Assembly: GCA_964593375.1 (NCBI GenBank)
Contig: CAZQIF010000003.1
Span: forward strand, 11,210-75,209
DNA length: 64,000 nt
Source of the DNA: an uncultured Candidatus Saccharibacteria bacterium
GTDB taxonomy: Bacteria > Patescibacteriota > Minisyncoccia > Phycocordibacterales > UBA918
Reading direction: 5' to 3'
Shown here: in pieces, positions 46,703 to 55,435 of the stretch
Layout of the letters: the number at the start of each line of letters is the position of its first letter
Position numbering within the stretch: the first letter of the stretch is position 1
Made by a program: the position numbers and the translations under genes
Notes under the pieces: generated by a model
What the model was told of the DNA's origin: nothing
The model's database searches: none
Seen by the model: only the letters and a program-made list of their open reading frames with translations

Positions 46703-46793
46703 CCCGAAAATAATGAGCCGAAGGCGACTATATTTTCGGAGTCCGTCGACACAATGCTTTTCGTAATGCTTTGTGTCGACGCCCTACTCAAAC
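46700..46793 (+). repeat. Structured intergenic repeat family A, copy 4 (begins at uppP TGA)
   Basis: CCGAAAATA-ATGAGCCGAAGGCGACTA-TATTTTCGG-AGTC-CGTCGACAC..GTGTCGACG..TCAAAC. Confidence 0.8.
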
Positions 46794-46967
46794 ATCCGAT
46801 TTAGAAATAAGCACGTCAAAGCAAGCTCATTCCTCGAACTTTGCTCAGCCAAATGCTTTTTAGTTCTGAATATTTAAATTTGCTATTTGAATAGGGAAGT
46901 CATGCAAAAGAAAAACCCGGCGAACTTGCGTTTGCCGGGCCATTAAATATGGTACCAGTCATTCCAA

Positions 46968-47180
46968 TCAAACTACCTCAATGCAATAGTAATCAACATG
47001 ATAAGAGCAGGCTTCACCCATTCTAAGCTTGGTCATGTTTTTCTCCCAAACACTTCTGCCTGCATTTTTACATGCTTCTTGGGTCGAGAAACCTTTGATT
47101 TTTGTTATGTTTAATGATTTCCCTGTAACTCCTTTTTCTTGGTTTCGTTCATGAAAGACCAACACAAGCGTCCAACTCAT
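46968..47180 (-). CDS. Small hypothetical protein
   Basis: Own promoter (TTGATT-N16-TATAAT with TG, 47222-47249), SD AGAAAGG, hairpin downstream; GFSTQEAC..AG motif. Confidence 0.55.
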   Translation of the reverse strand: MSWTLVLVFHERNQEKGVTGKSLNITKIKGFSTQEACKNAGRSVWEKNMTKLRMGEACSYHVDYYCIEVV

Positions 47181-47331
47181 TATGAGACCCTTTCTTACAG
47201 GTGACGGAACAACCTGTTTAGATTATACCACAAATTAGCATAAAATCAAATAACATTAATATATCTCAATAGAGTCATGAAATCCGTTTTTCCAAAGCTA
47301 ACAGCTAAGTGCTAAAAGCTAATCGCTAATT

Positions 47332-47907
47332 TTAAAATGGCAACGAATGCGTCATTTTTTGGTCCTCGTGGGGGAACCAGTGTGACGTGTCGAGTGGGAT
47401 TTCTTTTTTGCGGGCACCATCTTTGAAAAGAACCTTCTTGTTCAGGAGGGCATATTCAAAAATTCCTTTTGTGACTTTCACATCTTGCTTGCAGTATTTC
47501 TTGATGTCTTCAATATTTCCTTCGCGCCACCACTTGATAGCCTGAAGTCCATTCGCACTCTTCTTTGCACCAATTGTTGCTTGCGCTACTGAGTCGAGAC
47601 GAAGTCGTCGCCCGAGCGAGATACGAATGTCTTCGAGGAGGTCGATGCTTTTAATTTGCGTGAGGTCACCGGGGTAGTATTTGTTGAGGAGTGGAATATC
47701 AAAGTGATTGCTGTTGTAGCCAACGAGTACTTCTGCAGTTTCAAAAATTGGCCAAAGTTTATGAAGCTCGTCGATGGAGACGGTCGTGTAGGTATCAGTG
47801 AGTGAATCGTATGCGCACCCTACAGAAATATCGAGGTCGACAGGGTCATTGCTGCCCGCATCCTGAAATGTATTTTGCGTCTCCAAATCAAACACTACAT
47901 ATCGCAT
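47332..47907 (-). CDS. RNase H-like / DEDD 3'-5' exonuclease-domain protein (YprB-like)
   Basis: VVFDLET, GYNSNHFDIPLL, LRLDSVA, YCKQDV. Confidence 0.85.
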   Translation of the reverse strand: MRYVVFDLETQNTFQDAGSNDPVDLDISVGCAYDSLTDTYTTVSIDELHKLWPIFETAEVLVGYNSNHFDIPLLNKYYPGDLTQIKSIDLLEDIRISLGRRLRLDSVAQATIGAKKSANGLQAIKWWREGNIEDIKKYCKQDVKVTKGIFEYALLNKKVLFKDGARKKEIPLDTSHWFPHEDQKMTHSLPF

Positions 47908-48030
47908 AAAACTTTCACAATTGGTTAATTTCTTTGTTAAAACGGCAAGTTTTTCTTCACCGTACGTCCATGTACGGCTTATTCAAAACTTGCCGTTTTG
48001 CCTCGAAATTCACTCAATTCTGAAAGTTTT
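47908..48030 (-). repeat. Structured repeat family C, copy 5 (overlaps hisS 3' end)
   Basis: Minus strand TTCGAGG-AAAACGGCAAGTTTT..AAGCCGTAC..GTACGGTGA..AAAACTTGCCGTTTT-AACAAAGAAA. Confidence 0.78.
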
Positions 48031-49253
48031 GTTAGTTCCGAGACTGAACCTTTGGTTTCAGACTTATCTGAAAGTTTTTTGAGTGTATACGACTGTGATG
48101 TAACTTCATTTTCACCAACAACAAGAATGTACCGCGAACCCGCGTCGCTCGCAGAACTAATTTTTTTGGCGAGTTTTTTGGTGCCAAAAGCAGTTGCTGT
48201 GGTTACTCCTGATTTTCTGAACGCATCGGCAATCTTAAGTGCTTCAGTATTCTGTGCTTCTTCGGCAGGAATAACGACGAGTGTTGGAGCGGTCACATGA
48301 ATATTTTTTGGAAGGAGCTTGTGAGTCTCTAAAAAGTCGCGCATGATGACATCTCCCATACCAAAGCCAATACCAGAAATTGGGTCGCCACCGAAAAGAC
48401 TCGTGAGATTGTCATAGCGTCCTCCGCCGAGCATCGAACGATTGTTGTCACCAGATTTGTCAAAGATTTCAAAGACTGTGCCCGTGTAGTAGTTGAAACC
48501 ACGAACAGTTGTAGGTGAAAATCCTACATTTGAAATGCCTAATTCTAAGAGTCCACCAATAACTTTCGATAGATTACTTTCCTCTGGGACTTCCGATGGA
48601 ATAGTAAAGGCTTTTTCGGTAATCTTTTTAACTTCCTCATCAAAATTATTGATTTTTTCTTTACGATCAAGAAGTGCAAGCAGAGATTTGCACTCAGTAT
48701 CGTCGAAACCAAAATCCCTTAAATATTGATTCAGGTGGGAGCGGTTATTAATCCGAATTTCAAACATTTCGGGAGTCGCTCCAAAATCAATAAGCACGTT
48801 GTATGCAAGTGCAATCATTTCAATATCAGCAGAAATGTCGTTTGAGCCGAAGAGGTCACAGTTAAACTGCCAGTGTTCGCGGAGGCGACCACGCTGTGGG
48901 CGTTCATAGCGGAAAAGATTTGGGATTGAGTACCAGCGCACAGGGAAACTGAGTTCACGACGCTTGCCTGCAATCATACGTGCAACGGTTGGGGTCATCT
49001 CGGGGCGTATGGTAACTTCACGGTCGCCACGGTCAATGAAGGTGTATGTTTGTTCGTTTACAAGCTCCTCATTTTCAGCACCCTTACTCTTATAGAGTTC
49101 AGAAGGTTCAAGGACCGATGCGTCATACCGTTCGTAGCCAAAGGACTCTGCGGTCTTTGCCCAGGTGTCAAAAATATAGCGTTGTATCGCCATGTCTTCG
49201 GGATAGAAGTCACGGGTTCCTTTATAGGGCTCAGTTCCAAGGATTTTTGACAT
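47979..49253 (-). CDS. hisS: Histidine--tRNA ligase
   Basis: KGTRDFYP, RPEMTP, FRYERPQRGRLREHWQ, RGFNYYTG, GGGRYD, GFGMG. Confidence 0.97.
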   Translation of the reverse strand: MSKILGTEPYKGTRDFYPEDMAIQRYIFDTWAKTAESFGYERYDASVLEPSELYKSKGAENEELVNEQTYTFIDRGDREVTIRPEMTPTVARMIAGKRRELSFPVRWYSIPNLFRYERPQRGRLREHWQFNCDLFGSNDISADIEMIALAYNVLIDFGATPEMFEIRINNRSHLNQYLRDFGFDDTECKSLLALLDRKEKINNFDEEVKKITEKAFTIPSEVPEESNLSKVIGGLLELGISNVGFSPTTVRGFNYYTGTVFEIFDKSGDNNRSMLGGGRYDNLTSLFGGDPISGIGFGMGDVIMRDFLETHKLLPKNIHVTAPTLVVIPAEEAQNTEALKIADAFRKSGVTTATAFGTKKLAKKISSASDAGSRYILVVGENEVTSQSYTLKKLSDKSETKGSVSELTKLSELSEFRGKTASFE

Positions 49254-49311
49254 AAGAAAAATGATGAGTAGATTCTATAATACCGTATTGTGAATGTATG
49301 CGAAAGTGGAG

Positions 49312-49881
49312 TTAGACCTCCATTTTTCGCTCATCATTTGAGTTACTCCTATCCATGAGTGTGTCGGAATTTTGTAGTATGAGTGCCTTAAGTTCACGAG
49401 GATGAGGAAGTCCGGTGGCGATAAATTCATTCCCATCACCGCCAGCCGTTTGTGCACGGAGTGAACCGTAGTCGAGGAGTGTTGCGAGGAGACCGTTGAT
49501 TTCTACCGTCATGTCTTGGAGACGTTCAAGGCGAAAACTTGAAACACGACGTCGAAAGAGACCGCGCTGGTCGATTGCAATGAGACGTTTTGTGGTAATT
49601 ACCCACAAGTCGAGATAATAATTTGTCCAAATATTAAAGAGTACCATCCACATGATGAGAAGCCACATGGCACTCAGTGCGACAAGGAGTGATGTATGAA
49701 TATTGAGTTTCACCGCAAGTTCGTGAGTAGAGTCAATGTTAAAGAAGACTAGTACAATGATGAAGGGGAAGAAGGCCGAAACCACAATAGCAAAGACTTC
49801 AACTGCGAGAATAAACCAATGCTTGCGCACCTGACTGACTACCACTTCATCTTGCTCAAGTTGTATTTTTTCGAGAAGCAT
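49312..49881 (-). CDS. Membrane protein with bacterial PH domain (YdbS-like)
   Basis: RKHW, two TMs, ITTKRLIAIDQRGLF, LDYGSLRAQTAG. Confidence 0.8.
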   Translation of the reverse strand: MLLEKIQLEQDEVVVSQVRKHWFILAVEVFAIVVSAFFPFIIVLVFFNIDSTHELAVKLNIHTSLLVALSAMWLLIMWMVLFNIWTNYYLDLWVITTKRLIAIDQRGLFRRRVSSFRLERLQDMTVEINGLLATLLDYGSLRAQTAGGDGNEFIATGLPHPRELKALILQNSDTLMDRSNSNDERKMEV

Positions 49882-49885
49882 ATAG

Positions 49886-50101
49886 TTACATGAAAAAGAG
49901 AGTACTTGAAATGGTAATGAGGAGAAGTGCACCGCCAGTGAGATAGGTTGCGAGTGCAGTGACTGCCACACTACGCTTCTCACCATAACTTAACCAATGA
50001 AAGCCGAGTACAATTGCATGTACTGAAAAGGCGATAACGAGCACATAAAAAACTCCTTCAACACCTATACTGAGTAACGCTTGCGGGTCGATGGTTTTCA
50101 T
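49886..50101 (-). CDS. Small two-TM hypothetical protein
   Basis: Two hydrophobic helices around FHWLSYG; in operon order with prmC and hisS. Confidence 0.65.
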   Translation of the reverse strand: MKTIDPQALLSIGVEGVFYVLVIAFSVHAIVLGFHWLSYGEKRSVAVTALATYLTGGALLLITISSTLFFM

Positions 50102-50124
50102 AGACTCTTTTATTTTCGCACCTT

Positions 50125-50889
50125 TTAGTCGCCTGTGCGAGTGAGACGTGTGTAGCGCCGTATACCGAATTGGTCCATTCTGGTTTCTGTAGCAAAGCCG
50201 TTTTGGGCACCGAGCTTGGCTATTGCTTCTGATTGTTCTGGTTCGTGCTCGATATAGAGGACACTATGCGCACACATATGTAGGTGTGCGTGTTCAATAA
50301 TATTTAAAATGAGCTCGAGACCGTCTTTTCCACCATAGAGCGCAAGGTGTGGCTCGTGAGTATGGACACTTTGCTCGGTGCGATTTAATACTGGGTCGAT
50401 ATAGGGTGGATTCGACAGGATGTAATCGTAGGTACCGGTGATAGTTTCAAAGAGGTTGCCACCATATATATGCATGCGTGACGTATCGATACTGTTTTCA
50501 CGAACGTTTTTTTCGATGAGTGGATGCAGGCGCGCGTCGATTTCTCCGAAATCAACGCGCGCGTTAGGAATCGCGGTAAGTACGGCAATACCAATGCATC
50601 CTGAGCCCGCACAGAGGTCGAGCACCCTCAGGTCTCTTTTTTCACGTGCCTGCATTTCGGCGATTACTTTCTCCACCCAGTATTCAGTCTCGACTCGTGG
50701 TATGAGGGGTCGAACACCAGTTTCGTCTTCAGTGGGAGCGAGAAAAATTTTTGTGTCGAGGAAAGGAATGTGACCAATGACATAGGCGAGCGGTTCACCG
50801 TTCTTTAAACGAACGCAGTCGGCGAAAAAACCTTCGGTTTTTTCGCCGTTATATTTTTCCTTGAGTAGCCAAGATTCATCTTGTGTCAT
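50125..50889 (-). CDS. prmC: Release factor glutamine methyltransferase (HemK)
   Basis: GEPLAYVIG, LIPRVETE, LDLCAGSGCIG, SNPPY, EPHLALYGGKDGL. Confidence 0.93.
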   Translation of the reverse strand: MTQDESWLLKEKYNGEKTEGFFADCVRLKNGEPLAYVIGHIPFLDTKIFLAPTEDETGVRPLIPRVETEYWVEKVIAEMQAREKRDLRVLDLCAGSGCIGIAVLTAIPNARVDFGEIDARLHPLIEKNVRENSIDTSRMHIYGGNLFETITGTYDYILSNPPYIDPVLNRTEQSVHTHEPHLALYGGKDGLELILNIIEHAHLHMCAHSVLYIEHEPEQSEAIAKLGAQNGFATETRMDQFGIRRYTRLTRTGD

Positions 50890-50896
50890 AGGTATA

Positions 50897-51018
50897 GCGT
50901 ACAATCAAAATCCAATAGATACGAGGCGTCGAGGAACAATGACGTAAAACGTACAGATGCTACGGTGAACGTCGGTGTGACGATGACAACGAAGTAGGTA
51001 TGGATTTTGGTTGTACGC
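50897..51018 (+). repeat. Structured intergenic repeat family C, copy 6
   Basis: 18-bp outer stem GCGTACAATCAAAATCCA/TGGATTTTGGTTGTACGC; GATACGAGG; CGTA..TACGGTGA; CAACGAAGTAG. Confidence 0.78.
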
Positions 51019-51058
51019 AACGGACTATACGCGTTGTTTATGATAAACTCAATATCTC

Positions 51059-51793
51059 ATGCAACCAGATAACATCTTAGTCATCGACCATCTCGTTAAG
51101 AAATACGATGACAAAATAGCGGTAAACGATGTCTCGCTCACCATAACGCGCGGTGATTTTTTTGGGTTTCTTGGTCCCAATGGTGCAGGGAAGTCGAGTA
51201 CGATTGGATGTATTACCGGTGTGAATCGCATTACGTCGGGCACCATATTGGTCGGAGGTCATGATGTTGTAGAGGAGTATAAAGAGGCGCGAAAGCATAT
51301 TGGCGTTTCGGCGCAGGAATTTAATGTTGATTTTTTCGCACCTGTCGAACAGCTTATGGATTTTATGGGAGGGTATTACGGTATTCCAAATCCACTTCGA
51401 AAAGAGCGTGTGGAAATGCTCATTGAACGTTTTCATCTTGGGGAACATCGTAAGAAGCCATTTCGAGAACTTTCGGGTGGACTAAAGCGTCGCATGATTC
51501 TTGCGCGCGCACTCGTGCATGACCCTGAACTCCTTATCCTGGATGAACCGACTGCTGGTGTTGATGTTGAGCAACGACATGAGCTCTGGCGATATTTGCG
51601 CGAACTGAGTGCTGAAGGAAAGACAATTATACTTACATCCCACTATTTGGAGGAAATTGAACTGCTTTGCAAAAATATCGCCATTATCAATAATGGAAAA
51701 ATTGCTGCGGAAGGAACGAAAGAAGAATTTCTCAAAGATGGAAAGTCTCTCGAACAGCGTTACTTAGAAATAACGAAAGGTGAGACGTTTTAA
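51059..51793 (+). CDS. ABC-2 type transporter ATP-binding protein (YadG-like)
   Basis: GPNGAGKS, LSGGLKRR, LILDEPTAGVD, TSHYLEE. Confidence 0.95.
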   Translation: MQPDNILVIDHLVKKYDDKIAVNDVSLTITRGDFFGFLGPNGAGKSSTIGCITGVNRITSGTILVGGHDVVEEYKEARKHIGVSAQEFNVDFFAPVEQLMDFMGGYYGIPNPLRKERVEMLIERFHLGEHRKKPFRELSGGLKRRMILARALVHDPELLILDEPTAGVDVEQRHELWRYLRELSAEGKTIILTSHYLEEIELLCKNIAIINNGKIAAEGTKEEFLKDGKSLEQRYLEITKGETF

Positions 51794-51829
51794 GGCTTAG
51801 CGGAAATGTATTAAAATTATTGATTTTAT

Positions 51830-52591
51830 ATGAATTGGATTGGCATATACACGTTTATCCGTCGCGAAATAATGCGCATGTCACGCGTGCTTATTCAAAC
51901 GGTAGTGTCTCCACTTATTTCAGCAACGCTCTACATCTTTATTTTTGGATTCGTCGTTGGCTCAAAAATTGATCTCATTGCGGGAGTTAAATACATCACC
52001 TTCGTGTTCCCGGGCATTCTCATGCTTAACATCATCGCCTCTGCGTTTGCACATAGCTCAAGTTCAGTTTATTTTGCTCGCTTTATAAAAAGTATCGAGG
52101 AGATTCTTATTGCACCGTTTTCGTATTTTGAAATTGTCTTTAGTTACACATTTTCTGCTGTCATTCGTGCGGTCATTGTTGCGGTCGGGATACTCTTCAT
52201 TGGTCTCATCTTCAAAGCGGTCACCATTACCTCACCATTCCTGTTCCTATTTTATGTCGTGAGTATCTCAACTATTTTTGCACTCCTCGGGATTCTCGTT
52301 GGACTCTGGGCAAAAAACTTTGAGCAACTTTCGGTCCTCAACACATTTATTATCACGCCGTTCACGTATCTGGGGGGCATTTTCTATTCGATTTCCATGC
52401 TTCCCGACAACATAGCTTTTCTCACACAACTGAATCCATTCTTCTACTTTGTCGATGGTATTCGGTACTCCATGATTGGTTTTTCTGAAGCACAGGCGGG
52501 TGTTGGCCTCGCGGTCATCATTGGGCTCATTCTCGTCTTGGGCTCACTCACCATGTATCTCTTTAAAATCGGTTGGCGGATTAGAGCATAA
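51830..52591 (+). CDS. ABC-2 type transporter permease (YadH-like)
   Basis: Six TMs, YITFVFPG, PFTYLGGIFYS, NPFFYFVDGIRY. Confidence 0.92.
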   Translation: MNWIGIYTFIRREIMRMSRVLIQTVVSPLISATLYIFIFGFVVGSKIDLIAGVKYITFVFPGILMLNIIASAFAHSSSSVYFARFIKSIEEILIAPFSYFEIVFSYTFSAVIRAVIVAVGILFIGLIFKAVTITSPFLFLFYVVSISTIFALLGILVGLWAKNFEQLSVLNTFIITPFTYLGGIFYSISMLPDNIAFLTQLNPFFYFVDGIRYSMIGFSEAQAGVGLAVIIGLILVLGSLTMYLFKIGWRIRA

Positions 52592-52767
52592 AACACAATT
52601 TAAAAACTAAAATCTAAAAACTAAAACTAGAAGCAAGAACGGAATGATGAGTAGTGAATTTAGACGACGCATTTCTGAAAATACAAGAAACAACACCACT
52701 TAGTTTCTCCACTTTTAAATTTTCACTTTTAAATTTTCACTTTTCTCCCGTGCTACACTTTACGCAT

Positions 52768-53778
52768 ATGCGTGATAATAGCGATCTCTATAAAATTGTA
52801 GCGGGGCTCATGCAGCCCGGAAAAGGAATTTTAGCAGCTGACGAGAGCGATTCGACGGCAGGAAAGCGTCTTCTGATTGCCCATCTTCCTAACCAAGAGG
52901 GAAACCGACAGGACTTCCGTGAAATCATGTTTACGGCGCCAGGGATTGAGGAGTACCTTTCAGGGGTAATTCTCTACGACTCAACGCTCCGCGAAACAAC
53001 CGACCAAGGTGTGCCATTTGCCGATGTGCTCGCAGCCCGCGGTATTATTCCCGGCATTAAAGTTGACCAAGGTGTGGTATCACTCCCAAATTTCGAAGGA
53101 GAAGTAGTGACGCAGGGACTCGATAAGCTCGGTGAGCGTCTCAGTGAGTACTATAAAATGGGTGCACGATTTACCAAGTGGCGCGCGGTCATTACGATTG
53201 GAGAAAGTATTCCATCGATTGAATGTCTTGAGCTCAATGCGTCTGTGTTTGCACAGTATGCGCTCCTCGCGCAGGCTAATGGATTTGTTCCGATTGTTGA
53301 GCCAGAGGTAATTTTTGCCGGAAAGCACTCAATAAAGCGTGCGGAGGAAGTCACTACAAAGACGATTCAAATACTGTTTGCTGCGCTTGCAAAATACCGT
53401 GTTGACCTTAAGGCGGTCATTCTTAAATCGAGTATGGTACTCGCGGGGGATGCATTTAACCCACCTTCAAAGCCAAGTGAGGTTGCGAGTGCAACACTCC
53501 GCACCTTCCAACTCTCGGTACCACCAGAAGTTGGAGGTATTGTATTCCTCTCGGGCGGACAGACCCCAAAGCGCGCCACCGAGAATCTCCAAGCAATCGC
53601 CCAATTCGGGGCACAGCCGTGGCCGATTACATTCTCTTATTCACGTGCAATTGAAGAGCCATTCCTCGTTGCATGGCAGGGAAAGATGGAGAATATTCAA
53701 GTTGCACAGAAAACTCTCCTCAATTACTGCAGAATGAATGCGTTTGCACAGCAGGGTAAATACGAACCTGCAAAATAA
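52768..53778 (+). CDS. Fructose-bisphosphate aldolase class I
   Basis: GKGILAADES, GIKVDQG, GARFTKWR, VPIVEPEV, FLSGGQ, TFSYSRA. Confidence 0.95.
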   Translation: MRDNSDLYKIVAGLMQPGKGILAADESDSTAGKRLLIAHLPNQEGNRQDFREIMFTAPGIEEYLSGVILYDSTLRETTDQGVPFADVLAARGIIPGIKVDQGVVSLPNFEGEVVTQGLDKLGERLSEYYKMGARFTKWRAVITIGESIPSIECLELNASVFAQYALLAQANGFVPIVEPEVIFAGKHSIKRAEEVTTKTIQILFAALAKYRVDLKAVILKSSMVLAGDAFNPPSKPSEVASATLRTFQLSVPPEVGGIVFLSGGQTPKRATENLQAIAQFGAQPWPITFSYSRAIEEPFLVAWQGKMENIQVAQKTLLNYCRMNAFAQQGKYEPAK

Positions 53779-53791
53779 GGCCCTAAATATC

Positions 53792-53821
53792 AAAAATTCC
53801 CGCCAGCAGGCGGGAATTTTT
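53792..53821. terminator. Bidirectional terminator between fba and rpmG
   Basis: AAAAATTCCCGCC-AGCA-GGCGGGAATTTTT. Confidence 0.8.
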
Positions 53822-53822
53822 G

Positions 53823-53996
53823 TTACTTTTTCTCTTTATAGACGGTATGCTTCTGGGCGACTGGATTGAACTTCTTAAATTCAAATTTCTTATCCGCGAG
53901 CTTTCGTTTATTCTTGCGGGTGTAGTAAACATGGCCTTTGCCGACACCTTTTGAGTCGCCAACTGATACCAATTTTATGAGTTTATCTTGTGACAT
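53823..53996 (-). CDS. rpmG: 50S ribosomal protein L33 (57 aa; not in the ORF track)
   Basis: Manual translation [57 protein letters not shown]. Confidence 0.92.
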   Translation of the reverse strand: MSQDKLIKLVSVGDSKGVGKGHVYYTRKNKRKLADKKFEFKKFNPVAQKHTVYKEKK

Positions 53997-54205
53997 AGCA
54001 GGGCGATATTACCAGATTTACGGGGGAAGGTCAACCCAAGCCGGATTTGGAAGAAAGAGCTGATATATAGACGATTATCTATGACTTATGCACCATAAAG
54101 GTGTTGATTCCTCGGGCTTAAAGAGTCCTATTCATGATACGATATACCTAACTGTATTTTCACCGAGAATTCTCTGGAACAAAGAATACAGTGTTTTATG
54201 CATAC

Positions 54206-55426
54206 ATGCGAGTATTGACGTTTGGGTGGGATTATCCACCCATGAAAAACGGTGGGCTCGGAGTTGCGTGTCATGGCCTGACCGAGGAACTCATAGATGC
54301 AGGTCTTGAGATTGTTTTCGTGTTACCACGTGAACAGCCAACCATTGGCAGTCAAAAATTTGTTTTTGCAAACCAGGTGCCACCCACAAAGACGTATGCG
54401 TTTGAGTCGTCTCTCTTGCCATATCAGCATGCACAGTCACTCATCGAATATTTCACACCCGGAGGAAAGCGGGTACGAGCCTCACACCGCATCATTGATG
54501 AGGTGTATCGCTATGCAGAAGCAGCGCGTGAAATTGCACTTCGTGAAAACTTTGATCTTATCCATGCACACGACTGGACATCATATATGGCGGGCGTTGC
54601 GGCTAAACTCGCAAGTCAAAAACCGCTCGTCCTTCATGTACATGCAACCTCCTTTGATCAGGCAGCAAGTTCCAATGTAGACCCGTCAATTTATGAGATT
54701 GAGCACCGAGCGTTTCATACCGCAGACTCAGTCGTTGCAATTAGCAACTTCACGAAAAATATTGTTGTTGATAAATTTGGAATTAATGCAAACAAGGTGA
54801 CGGTTGTGCACAATGGCATCAAGCCCCTCACGCCACCACGACTTCCGCCGGTGCTTCGTGAACTCAAGATGCAGGGAAAGAAAATTGTTTTTTACAACGG
54901 ACGCATCACGATTCAAAAAGGTGTCGACTATTTCATTAGGGCTGCGCGCCGAGTGGTAGACATTGATCCGAACGTCGTGTTCGTTATTTCTGGCTGGGGA
55001 GACATGGAGCACCAAATTATGCACCTCGTGGGTTCACTTGGACTTTCTAACAATGTCATCTTTGCGGGTGCACTCTGGGATGATGATCGTGACCGCATGT
55101 ATCAAGCGGCAGACCTTCTCGTGATGCCTTCTGTTTCTGAGCCGTTTGGTCTTGTTCCACTTGAGGCAATTCAGCATGGTACCCCAGCACTCGTGTCAAA
55201 GCAGTCAGGAGTATCTGAGGTGCTCACGCATGTGCTCAAGGTTGATTTCTGGGATATCGATGAGATGTCGAATAAGATTCTTGCCGCGCTTCGCTATGGC
55301 ACCATGAATCGACAACTTGTTGAAGAGAGTCAAAAAGAGCTGAGGCGACTCACGTGGCGTGTTGCAGCACATAAGGTTATAGCACTGTATAGGCGGTTAC
55401 TGGATTGGGTCTCATCGAAAAGGTAG
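54206..55426 (+). CDS. GT4 glycosyltransferase (glycogen-synthase-like)
   Basis: GGLGVAC, IHAHDW, VHNGI, GRITIQKG, PSVSEPFGLVPLEA. Confidence 0.9.
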   Translation: MRVLTFGWDYPPMKNGGLGVACHGLTEELIDAGLEIVFVLPREQPTIGSQKFVFANQVPPTKTYAFESSLLPYQHAQSLIEYFTPGGKRVRASHRIIDEVYRYAEAAREIALRENFDLIHAHDWTSYMAGVAAKLASQKPLVLHVHATSFDQAASSNVDPSIYEIEHRAFHTADSVVAISNFTKNIVVDKFGINANKVTVVHNGIKPLTPPRLPPVLRELKMQGKKIVFYNGRITIQKGVDYFIRAARRVVDIDPNVVFVISGWGDMEHQIMHLVGSLGLSNNVIFAGALWDDDRDRMYQAADLLVMPSVSEPFGLVPLEAIQHGTPALVSKQSGVSEVLTHVLKVDFWDIDEMSNKILAALRYGTMNRQLVEESQKELRRLTWRVAAHKVIALYRRLLDWVSSKR

Positions 55427-55435
55427 AATACTGTC

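Noticed and set aside
19930-51018. Families A/C as CRISPR repeats, integron attC sites or IS elements
   Set aside because: Not tandem with spacers; no consistent RYYYAAC/GTTRRRY ends; no integrase or transposase in the window; they mostly flank core genes
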